Shown in pieces: positions 37,103-45,176 of a DNA stretch of 64,000 bases. Origin of the DNA: Phototrophicaceae bacterium (GTDB taxonomy: Bacteria > Chloroflexota > Anaerolineae > Aggregatilineales > Phototrophicaceae); the NCBI GenBank assembly GCA_965262005.1, contig OZ253492.1, forward strand, positions 207,321 through 271,320. Reading direction: 5' to 3'. Made by a program: the position numbers and the translations under genes. Position 1 is the stretch's first letter, and every line of letters begins with the position of its first letter. The notes under the pieces were generated by a model that searched no databases, was not told where the DNA came from, and saw only the letters and a list, made by a program, of their open reading frames with translations.

Positions 37103-38038
37103 ACTTTTGCATTAGCGTAGCGCAACAGCCATCCCGCACGCAGGCGCTTGACCTTGTCGCTATGATTGGCGCTCGTCCGAGCCGTCAGATTGATTTCGCA
37201 GATCGCTGCTTTCTTGACCGTTTCCACAGTGAAATCATCGACATCAAGGTGCGAGGACGTGTCCATGCGCAGGAGACCCGGCACAGCGCCTTCGAGCAGG
37301 TGTAGGTCAATCTCTGTCCGCGTGTCCTGTTTATTCCTCGACTTGGCCGGAATCTTCATGCTGGAGGATTTGCTTTCCGACAAAGGTAACGGGTCGATTC
37401 GCGCCGGCAGGGTAGGTTGCGCCGACTCCGATACCTAGCCGCTGCGAATTACACACCGTGGTTATCGACGAAGTGAAACACAGCGAAAGTATCACGAAAT
37501 TGCGTGGAACGTGGAAATAAATTTACATAGTCCAGTGAGTAAGGCAGTGAACAGGTTCCGGCCGATCTTGCCATCCTCAATGTTGTACAGATGTAGTAAC
37601 CCGAGCGCATGCCTTTCGTCAAAAATCCCCACGGCAGGCAGTGATAGTTTTCAAATCTCTCAGCATCTGTTAATATATCTCTGCACACACATGCAGAGCG
37701 GAGGACTAAAATGACCCCGCACTTTTGTCATACCAAAGTGGGCGAGGCGTGACGCGTTGTCAAGCTTGCGTTTGCCAAGGCCCGGTATAGCCGTCCGGCA
37801 CATCTAATTCAGAACGGTATTGTCACCGCCATCTGATATTGGATATGGTGACGCTCGTGTGGCGTTATCTCTTGACGCATCCGTCTAGCGAACGCAGTCA
37901 CGGCTGGAGAGTAATCTCACGGCCGGGGATCTCAGTTGCTCTGTTCTTGTCGGGCACGACAGTGTCATGGCTAACACTGATCGTGCAAAGTGCAAGGGGA
38001 GTTCGGTTTCGAAAGGGACTGACTCCCCTCATCATAGA
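37032..38038 (-). repeat. copy B (fuller) of the leader block paralogous to 12848..13194
   Basis: The outer block 37831..38038 and inner block 37032..37166 match copy A in inverted orientation. 37167..37830 is absent from copy A, with the deletion lying between short ATCA.ATAGCG.CAA repeats. Confidence 0.8.
37099..37383 (-). CDS. small hypothetical protein translationally coupled to the ATPase
   Basis: Its stop overlaps the ATPase GTG (GTGA at 37099-37102). The C-terminal ...KV(K/Y)RLR.G..LLRYA.AKV* is conserved at the aa level in copy A (13052-13126). A likelier start is ATG 37359 (MKIPAKSRNKQD). Confidence 0.4.
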   Translation of the reverse strand: MSESKSSSMKIPAKSRNKQDTRTEIDLHLLEGAVPGLLRMDTSSHLDVDDFTVETVKKAAICEINLTARTSANHSDKVKRLRAGWLLRYANAKV

Positions 38039-38141
38039 CATACAACATGACGAGCGAAGGCACAAAGGGCCTGATGACCCAGCCCCATCCGGCTCTGCAA
38101 GGCCGAGGTCTCCTTCGGACAAGATCGGTGAGGTCGACACT

Positions 38142-38318
38142 ATGGAACGGGCTGAACGCAATGAGACGGCATTTGTGCTGAGTTTTGTTTTCGGGCTATT
38201 TGCTGTCTACGGCATCGCGCATCTTTATCAAGGCAAGATCAAAGAGGGGCTTGTGTGGATGTTTACCAAGGGGCGCATTTACCAAAGTGCCAGGCTGAGG
38301 GTCGTGGTGTTTCGGTAA
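38142..38318 (+). CDS. small TM2-domain-like membrane protein (tentative)
   Basis: MERAERNETAFVLSFVFGLFAVYGIAHLYQGKIKEGLVWMF resembles the G.H.FY.GK core of TM2 domains. 58 aa. Confidence 0.35.
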   Translation: MERAERNETAFVLSFVFGLFAVYGIAHLYQGKIKEGLVWMFTKGRIYQSARLRVVVFR

Positions 38319-38472
38319 GGTTATTTGTTCAAGGGGAAAACAATGCGACGACTGATTTTGTGTTTGCGCTTCGTGTTGCTGGCTGTTCCGGTTTCGGGCC
38401 AGATCGACTATAGGCCGGGCACATGGGAAAGGTCGGTCCGTTCACTATTGAATCATCAGTGTTGGAGCAGTC

Positions 38473-38622
38473 ATGATGTCCGGCTGTCTCAGGTGGTTCG
38501 GCATCTTGTTGATTTTTCTTGCCGTGTGCCTCCTAAGTATTGGTGGCATCGAAGCTGCAGATTGGCTAAGTCGGGTGGGAGCACTGGCTACCGTTGGGGG
38601 GGTGGTGACGCTGCCGCTATGA
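38473..38622 (+). CDS. 49-aa hydrophobic ORF, possibly the 5' part of a frameshifted membrane protein
   Basis: MMSGCLRWFGILLIFLAVCLLSIGGIEAADWLSRVGALATVGGVVTLPL. A G7 run at 38596-38602 separates it from a downstream TM-encoding frame (to 38759). Confidence 0.25.
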   Translation: MMSGCLRWFGILLIFLAVCLLSIGGIEAADWLSRVGALATVGGVVTLPL

Positions 38623-39191
38623 AGGCCGCAAGTCATTTTCTGATGTATGTGTTTCTTAGCTTGCCGCTTTTCGTCGTTGGCTTTTTCGCAATGCGCGCCA
38701 GCCGTCGGCGCACTGCGCTGGTGCGTCAGGAGTCAGGGAAGCCTAGTTCAGCGTCGTGACGCCTTCGCCTTTTTCCGCGCTGTAGTGTTTCGGGCTGATC
38801 TTGCAGAAGTTTGTCGGGTAGCCGCCCCGAACATCAACTTCGCTTTACACACACACGCAGAAAACGGAGCGAGGCGGGGCGACTGCCTGGAAGATACTGG
38901 ATTGACTGGCACTCGGTCAATCCCCGACGGTGTGGAGGGTACCGGCAAAAATGTTTTCGGTTCGCTATTTGGTAGAGCAAACAAGTTACCGGTTGCGCCG
39001 AGTTCGCCGGCAGCGGCGCGCAAACAGAGGTGCAGTTAAGCAGCGGCCCACGACCGGTCTTTTCAGCTGCTCAATGCCTGACTGGTACACTTACCTGATG
39101 ACGAAATTCCAGAGTGCGACGCACTCACTACTCGCTCTGCCGTGACGTTCAGATTCGGACCGTGATGTTACTCAAAACAGGAGGCTGAAAT

Positions 39192-39764
39192 ATGGACAAG
39201 GAAGTACAACCGCAGGCAATCGGCATCGAAGATTGGTCGAAGCTGGAGCCGGTCAATGATCCCAGCTTAATCATTCTACTTGATCTCAACCATACACTCG
39301 TCTCTGGTAGCCGGGCTACACTCATGCTGCCGGGGAAAAACTACGGGGAAAAGATCCTCAATGAGAATTACCGCCCAGGCTTGGTCGAGCTGATCAAAGG
39401 GCACATAGTCTTGCTCTACACTGTCCGCAACGAAACTCATAGAGATGTCACCTTGAGAATGATTGCGGAGAAGTGCAATGGCTGGCAGCCACACGAAGCG
39501 TTTTTTAGCCGCCCTAAGAACCCTACCGGCCCCGCTGTCAAGGGAGCATATCTCAAGGAGCTGATTTTCCCGAAGTACGGTGAACCGGATCAACAGAAAT
39601 ACTATGCCATTGAGTCCGAGAAGACTGTTCGCGCTATGTTGTGGAAGCGCTACCGGATTCCAGCAGATCCAGTGATGACAACTGGACGCGCCTGCCATAC
39701 TACGACGATGCCGCGAAAAATGAGTGAAATATACTCACCAGCAACAATCACCTCATCGACTTAA
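39192..39764 (+). CDS. HAD-like (FCP1/NIF-like fold?) protein, paralog 1, C-terminus frameshifted
   Basis: Motif I-like ILLDLNHTLV, LLYTVR, and a conserved GWQPHEAFFS...LIFPKYGEPDQQKYYAIES. A frame shifted by 2 nt from about 39680 encodes NWTRLPYYDDAAKNE* (stop 39725-39727), which matches the C-terminus of paralog 2. Confidence 0.5.
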   Translation: MDKEVQPQAIGIEDWSKLEPVNDPSLIILLDLNHTLVSGSRATLMLPGKNYGEKILNENYRPGLVELIKGHIVLLYTVRNETHRDVTLRMIAEKCNGWQPHEAFFSRPKNPTGPAVKGAYLKELIFPKYGEPDQQKYYAIESEKTVRAMLWKRYRIPADPVMTTGRACHTTTMPRKMSEIYSPATITSST

Positions 39765-39789
39765 GTGGATTCTAGCAGAAAGGTAGACC

Positions 39790-40326
39790 ATGCAAGACTC
39801 AGCGCAAGCCCCGCTGTTCGGCAGTGAAGAGAAGCTGCAGCTGGAGCCGGTGAATGATCCCAGCTTGATCATCCTGCTCGACCTCAATTACACGCTCGTT
39901 GCCAATAGCAAGCTCAAGGAACGATCAAGGGCTCCCTACAACGACAAAATTCTCCAGGAGACCTATCGGCTGGAGCTAATCGAGCTGATCAAGGGGCATA
40001 CGGTCCTGCTCTGTACTGTCCGCAAAGAAACGTATAGAGACATCACCCTGAGAACAATTGCACAGAAGTGCAGTGGCTGGCAACCGCACGAAGCATACTT
40101 TAGCTCGACTGACAGTTGGCACGGCGATATCGTCAAAGCCGAATATCTCGAGAAGCTGATATTTCCGAAGTATGGGACGCCGGATGAACAGCAATACTAT
40201 GCAATCGAGTCCGCCACAAGAGCCCGTGGTATGTACAAAAGGTACGGCATTCCGTTCGATTCGGTCGGGAAGCAGATGAACTGGACGCGCTTGCCCTACT
40301 ATTCCAGGTTAAGCGACAAGGACTAG
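39790..40326 (+). CDS. HAD-like protein, paralog 2
   Basis: ILLDLNYTLV, LLCTVR, GWQPHEAYFS...LIFPKYGTPDEQQYYAIES...NWTRLPYY. Roughly 55-60% identical to paralog 1 by eye. The last base of the TAG stop is the first base of the IS5 element. Confidence 0.5.
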   Translation: MQDSAQAPLFGSEEKLQLEPVNDPSLIILLDLNYTLVANSKLKERSRAPYNDKILQETYRLELIELIKGHTVLLCTVRKETYRDITLRTIAQKCSGWQPHEAYFSSTDSWHGDIVKAEYLEKLIFPKYGTPDEQQYYAIESATRARGMYKRYGIPFDSVGKQMNWTRLPYYSRLSDKD

Positions 40327-40340
40327 GTTCTGTTGACATT

Positions 40341-40802
40341 CTATCGTAACCATATCAGCGTACCGACAAGGTGCAGAAATCCGAGATAAGATGTATCGAG
40401 TTTCTCAAATCGGGAAAAGACGCGGCGGAAATGTTTGATCTTATTGATGAAACATTCCACCAGATGCCGCTCGCGATAGAGCCATCTATCATATTCTCGC
40501 TGCTCTTTGGCGCTCGGATGCGGGGGAATTACCGCTTCTATGCCTCTTTCAAGCAAGCTGTCCACAAAATCTTGGGACGCATAGCCTCGATCCGCGATAA
40601 CCCGCTGAAAGGCAAAGCCTTCCACCAACTCCTCAGCCTGATTGATGTCGTGAGCCTGCCCAGGACTCAAGCGGAAACGCAAGGGATTGCCCAAACCATC
40701 AACCGTGATATGAATCTTGCTACTAAAACCCCCGCGACTGCGACCCACGGCTTGCTTTTCACTTTTTTTCGGCGCCAGCGGCACAGGGATGTGCCCGAAC
40801 AA
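40341..40802 (-). CDS. IS5-family transposase OrfB (DDE)
   Basis: [29 protein letters not shown]...VIADRGYAS...[26 protein letters not shown], a DDE_Tnp_1 signature. Confidence 0.85.
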   Translation of the reverse strand: MFGHIPVPLAPKKSEKQAVGRSRGGFSSKIHITVDGLGNPLRFRLSPGQAHDINQAEELVEGFAFQRVIADRGYASQDFVDSLLERGIEAVIPPHPSAKEQREYDRWLYRERHLVECFINKIKHFRRVFSRFEKLDTSYLGFLHLVGTLIWLR

Positions 40803-41091
40803 TCGTACTGTCGATTATCCCGTTTTCCATATCCGCGTCATCGGCAAGAGCTTCCATCATCCGTTGCCAAACATCATTTTCGCACCAGCGAGCAAAGCGT
40901 TTGTAAACTGAATTCCATTTGCCGTATTCGCTTGGAAGCAAACGCCACTGTGCGCCGCTGCGACTTACCCATATCACTGCTTCAACAAATTGGCGGCATT
41001 TCGCCTCATTGCCCAGATAAACCTTTGGCTCTTGCGACAGAAAATCCCGAAGCTTCGCCCACTGTTCGTCAGTTAGTCTTATGGTATCCAT
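40759..41091 (-). CDS. IS5-family transposase OrfA
   Basis: [18 protein letters not shown]...[24 protein letters not shown] is typical of the DUF4096/IS5 N-terminus. Ends just after the A7 slippery run (plus-strand T7 at 40763-40769). Confidence 0.85.
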   Translation of the reverse strand: MDTIRLTDEQWAKLRDFLSQEPKVYLGNEAKCRQFVEAVIWVSRSGAQWRLLPSEYGKWNSVYKRFARWCENDVWQRMMEALADDADMENGIIDSTIVRAHPCAAGAEKK

Positions 41092-41143
41092 AAGACTATT
41101 TTACCCATTTATGAAAATGCTAATGTCAAAATATCAACAGAAC

Positions 41144-41542
41144 CTAGCCGAATGGCACCGCATTCAGTTGTTTGCGAGCCACGATGATGGGCGCCGGCAC
41201 ATTCTGACGCGGCATTGAGACGTGCGGATTCGCCGGCGGGGATTTGATTATTTGCTTCTCGTCCTAGAGGGTTTCGTGCCGGGCCGGTGGCTGTAAGATC
41301 ACCGCCCAGCTTTCTTCGGGGATGTGTATGGTCACATCATACTGCTGATAAGCCCCGTCCACCTCTACACTCATTCTCTTCGCGCAGAACTCACGTGCCT
41401 GGCCCAAGGAATCTTGACACCCGATCTAAAATGGATGTGCCGAAATTGGCGCTTTTTCACCTGCTGCATGGTGGAATTGGCGCTTATTTTCGGACGACAA
41501 TATAATGTACGTAAATAGATCTTTTCGGACTTTATAGACCAT
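41144..41542 (-). pseudogene. unknown coding remnant with two internal amber codons
   Basis: 133-codon frame from ATG 41542 with no TGA or TAA. TAG at 41426-41428 and 41264-41266, and terminal TAG at 41144-41146 in the same CTAG used by the convergent HAD-like gene. No family recognised. Confidence 0.3.
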
Positions 41543-41624
41543 CTGATATGACGCAAACGATTATCCCTCGCACCGATCATGATCTAGCCCAGCAGTCGAT
41601 CTTCGACAAGGCCGTGGCAATCGT

Positions 41625-41759
41625 GAGAGTGGTGATTTCAAGGAGATAGAATGAAGACGACACTGGCTCAAACTCGCCGGAAAACTCCCCTCTCCAATGC
41701 TTTTGGGAAGGGCCGGGGATGGGGTTAGAAAAGGGCATATCAAAGATTTCACCACTCCC
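41625..41759. repeat. IS1-derived MITE-like relic 2
   Basis: GAGAGTGGTGATTT (41625-41638) ... ATTTCACCACTCCC (41746-41759). These are degenerate versions of the IS1 terminal repeats in inverted orientation, about 135 bp apart. Confidence 0.45.
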
Positions 41760-41766
41760 CGGCGAT

Positions 41767-41899
41767 GGGAGTGGTGAATTTCAAAGACACAGGACATATT
41801 CCGAATTCCATAAGGGGATTCACCACAGAGACACAGAGGGCACAGAGGTTTTTGGATGGCAAGGTCGAAGTTGTTATATCAACAGTATTCAGCACTCCC
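41767..41899. repeat. IS1-derived MITE-like relic 1
   Basis: GGGAGTGGTGAAT (41767-41779, identical to the IS1 left end) ... ATTCAGCACTCCC (41887-41899). Flanked by direct CGGCGAT at 41760-41766 and 41900-41906. Confidence 0.55.
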
Positions 41900-42034
41900 C
41901 GGCGATGAAAGCGCGGTGAGACCGGGCGCCCATTGTGGAGCGGAAGCCTTCGCCGAGCGTCTAACGGGTGGAATTGGTGTAGAATGGCAAAAGCAGATTA
42001 GAGATTACGAATCGGCAGACGGGAAAGAATCCAG

Positions 42035-43438
42035 ATGCGAGTCCCACTGGCGCTCACATTCGTTGCAGCGACGGCCGGCGTTTTTCTGGTTTTCATCGCG
42101 GGAAGTTTGATATTGCAGCCGCCTCTGCCACTTATCATAGAAGCCGGCTTTGACCGCCCGGCAATCAGCCCCAATGCGGATGGCGTGGATGATATTGCCG
42201 TTTTCACTTATGGGCTCTCGCGGCCGGCGGTCGTTAGTCTGGTCTTGACAAGCGAAAGCGGCAGGGAATTCTATTTTCGGCAAGATCAGCCGCGCGATGA
42301 TGATGAATACAGCGTCCTGTTTAGCGGCGTCGTCGATGGATTTCTCAATGAGGGCGAGACGATTTATGGCGAGATTGAGCGGCGGCTAATCCCAAATGGT
42401 AGGTATACCTGGCGGCTTGACGCGAATGCGGAAACGGGCGGGCCAATGAGCGAGACTGGCACACTGCGCGTGGAAGCGGGTGATACGCCACTGCCGATCA
42501 TGTCTGAGTTTCGCATTGCGCCGGATATTTTTTCGCCGAATCAAGATGGTGTGGCGGATCGCGTAAGCATCAATATATATCTGGAAAAGGATGTCGAGCG
42601 GCTTGATGTCATGTTGGTGGGACCGGACGGCGCGCGGATCCCTATCTCGGCTCGGGTTGAAGAGCGACAATATGGCGAGGCAGGGCGACATCGCTTCGAT
42701 TATGAAGGCGGCATTGATCTCGGTGTTGATCCGCCGCCGGATGGAACTTATCAAGTCGTTGCGCTGGCTCAGGACAAAGTTGGTCAACGGCTGCGCATGG
42801 AAGGGCAGCTTACGATCGAAGTCGGTGGCAAGCCATACGCCGAGATAAAGCCGCAGGCAATTGGGGTTGAGGTGGCATTTGCGGTGGAGCCGTATGAAAA
42901 GAGGTTTCATTCTACGGCTGAGGAGCTTGGCGAATTGCTGTCGCTTCCGGATGATTCGTCAGCACTGGCGGCTTCGCAGCAAATAACGGTACCGCTGGGG
43001 CATATGCTCGTTTTTCGGCTGACAGTCGACAATTACGGCGATGTGCCGATTCGCACCAGTGGTCCGCCGCCGGGCACGGTCTATCGACAGGATCAACTGG
43101 CCGGCAGTTTGGGGTTATTTGATGAGGCGGGCGCCTGGCGCGTCGGCATTCAGTGTGAGACTTCGATGGCGAGTTTTCCCTACCGGTGGGCGATCGCCTC
43201 GTACGAAAACCTAGTCGACGTCTTTGACGAGGCTAGTGGCAACACCTATCACTACTTGCCGCCGAAGACGCGGGCGGTCGTTTGGGGAGCTGTCCATTTC
43301 ACCAAGGTGGAGGCGCGCAACCCGCAGAATTGCTGGGCGGGGTTGATTCACGAAGACGTGGCAGTCAGTCTGCGCAATAATCATGTTGGGATGCGTTCGA
43401 TTATGGTGGTCGATCCGGACGGCGGCGCCAGGAACTGA
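42035..43438 (+). CDS. exported protein with FlgD-Ig-like (SPNxDGVxD) beta-sandwich repeats
   Basis: N-terminal TM/signal LTFVAATAGVFLVFIAGSLIL. Two units: ISPNADGVDDIAVFTYGL...VVSLVL and FSPNQDGVADRVSINIYL. Confidence 0.5.
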   Translation: MRVPLALTFVAATAGVFLVFIAGSLILQPPLPLIIEAGFDRPAISPNADGVDDIAVFTYGLSRPAVVSLVLTSESGREFYFRQDQPRDDDEYSVLFSGVVDGFLNEGETIYGEIERRLIPNGRYTWRLDANAETGGPMSETGTLRVEAGDTPLPIMSEFRIAPDIFSPNQDGVADRVSINIYLEKDVERLDVMLVGPDGARIPISARVEERQYGEAGRHRFDYEGGIDLGVDPPPDGTYQVVALAQDKVGQRLRMEGQLTIEVGGKPYAEIKPQAIGVEVAFAVEPYEKRFHSTAEELGELLSLPDDSSALAASQQITVPLGHMLVFRLTVDNYGDVPIRTSGPPPGTVYRQDQLAGSLGLFDEAGAWRVGIQCETSMASFPYRWAIASYENLVDVFDEASGNTYHYLPPKTRAVVWGAVHFTKVEARNPQNCWAGLIHEDVAVSLRNNHVGMRSIMVVDPDGGARN

Positions 43439-43458
43439 CGCTTGAAGGTGGGCGACAA

Positions 43459-44391
43459 ATGACGGAATTGGCCGTTGCGATTGTTAGCTGGAACAATGCT
43501 GACGTAATCGCCGATGCTTTGCAGAGCCTGATCGATGATTTGCAGGAGAGCGACCTCAAATACGAGGTCTGGCTTGTCGACTCGGCTTCTGAAGACCGAA
43601 CGGTCGATATCGTCCGCGACTTATTCCCCGGCGTTAAGCTGATCGCTAGTAAAGAGAACATCGGATTTGGCGCCGCCAACAACCTGGCGCTGAGGTCCAT
43701 TGGCTTCACGGTAGGCGCGAATGAAGACGAGTTGCCGGCGGCAGTGTACCTGCTTAACCCGGACACTGTGACACATCGCGGCGCGAGCCGGCTGCTTTAT
43801 GATACGCTGACGGCGCGAGGCGATGTTGGCCTGGTTGGCGCTCGGCTGACCTTTGGCGACGGCAGTTTTCAACATAGCGCCTTTCGTTTTCCCGATCTTC
43901 GTCAGATTTGGTCTGAATTTTTCCCGACGCCGGGACGTTTGATTGAGGGACGCTTCAATGGACGTTATCCGCGGGCATGGTACGAAGGGAGTAGGCCGTT
44001 TGAGGTGGACTTCACCTTGGGCGCGACGATGATGCTCAAACGAGATGTGGTCATGCAGACAGGCGGTTTTGATGAGGATTTCTTCATCTATTGCGAGGAA
44101 ATCGACTGGGCTTGGCGGATAAAGGAGCGGGGATGGCGCGCTCTTTGTGTGCCGGCGGCGCATGTGACGCACCTCGGCGGCGGCAGCACTTCGCAGGCGC
44201 GCCCACGCAGCCTGATAGATCTGTGGAAAAGTAGGTTATTATTGTACGAGAAGTATTACCCGCGCTGGAAACGCCACGCTGCACGGCAGTTGCTTATCGT
44301 CGGCATGCAGTGTCAGATGAGCGCGTTGGGCGCCGCCGATGCTGAATTGCGCAAGGCCTGCCGCACGATTATCGAGATGGCAAAATCATGA
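43459..44391 (+). CDS. family-2 glycosyltransferase
   Basis: VAIVSWNNADVIADALQSL...VDSASEDRT...GFGAANN..., with EEIDWAWR typical of rhamnosyl/GT2 enzymes. Confidence 0.75.
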   Translation: MTELAVAIVSWNNADVIADALQSLIDDLQESDLKYEVWLVDSASEDRTVDIVRDLFPGVKLIASKENIGFGAANNLALRSIGFTVGANEDELPAAVYLLNPDTVTHRGASRLLYDTLTARGDVGLVGARLTFGDGSFQHSAFRFPDLRQIWSEFFPTPGRLIEGRFNGRYPRAWYEGSRPFEVDFTLGATMMLKRDVVMQTGGFDEDFFIYCEEIDWAWRIKERGWRALCVPAAHVTHLGGGSTSQARPRSLIDLWKSRLLLYEKYYPRWKRHAARQLLIVGMQCQMSALGAADAELRKACRTIIEMAKS

Positions 44392-45143
44392 CGCACCTGA
44401 CAGCCATCGTACTGACGCATAACGAATCCGAGCAGATAGCCGATTGCATTAAGACGCTTCGTTTTGCCGACCGCATTATCGTCTTTGATTCATACAGCAG
44501 CGACGACACCGTTTCGATTGCGCAGGCATGTGGAGCGGATATTTTTCAGCATGAATTCGAGAATTACGCGGAACAGCGCAACGCCGCCCTTGACGCCACC
44601 GGCGAGATGACGGACTGGGTGTTTTTTGTGGATGCGGATGAGCGGATCACGGATGCTCTGGCGACGGAGATCCGCGAGAAGATCGTCCACCCCGATATCG
44701 CTGGCTGGCGCCTGCCGCGGCACAACTATATCTTCGGCGTGCTTACCAAGGGCGCAGGCTGGTATCCCGATTACCAGACGCGCTTGCTGCGTGTGGGGCA
44801 GGCCTATTATGATCGGCAGCGGCCGGTGCATGAAGTGGTCAAGCTCTATGGCGAAGAAGGAACCCTGCGCAACCCGATCATTCATTACAATTACGAAGAC
44901 TTGACGCAATTCAAAAACAAACAGGAGTACTACGCTAATTTTGAGGCGCAGAGTCTCTTTGCCAAGGGGATTGCGCCGCGGCAACACAACTACATATTGC
45001 AGCCCTTGCGTCAGTTCTATTGGCGCTTCATAACGCTGCGCGGCTATAGCGACCGCTGGCACGGATTGCGGTTGTCTGTATTGCTGGCTTGGTACGAATA
45101 CCGCAAATATCAGAAGCTGTCAGCGCTATGGCATAAGCGATAG
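44388..45143 (+). CDS. family-2 glycosyltransferase
   Basis: TAIVLTHNESEQIADCIKTL...VFDSYSSDDT...FFVDADER. 4-nt overlap with the upstream GT2 gene. Confidence 0.75.
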   Translation: MTHLTAIVLTHNESEQIADCIKTLRFADRIIVFDSYSSDDTVSIAQACGADIFQHEFENYAEQRNAALDATGEMTDWVFFVDADERITDALATEIREKIVHPDIAGWRLPRHNYIFGVLTKGAGWYPDYQTRLLRVGQAYYDRQRPVHEVVKLYGEEGTLRNPIIHYNYEDLTQFKNKQEYYANFEAQSLFAKGIAPRQHNYILQPLRQFYWRFITLRGYSDRWHGLRLSVLLAWYEYRKYQKLSALWHKR

Positions 45144-45176
45144 TCCGCCAAGGGGCTCAGGCAGGTCGAGCACAGT

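Larger units (their letters stand above)
40326..41144 (-). mobile_element. IS5-family (IS427/IS1031-like) insertion sequence
   Basis: 11-bp terminal inverted repeats GGTTCTGTTGA (40326-40336) and TCAACAGAACC (41134-41144). TA duplicated on both sides within a CTAG target. Two ORFs joined at a T7/A7 run. Confidence 0.85.

Noticed and set aside
12848-38038. A 25-kb transposon bounded by the long inverted repeats at 12848 and 38038
   Set aside because: The repeats extend inward into paralogous gene starts (the small ORF end and the ATPase start). They are therefore inverted copies of a gene cassette rather than transposon termini. No flanking target duplication and no associated transposase were found.
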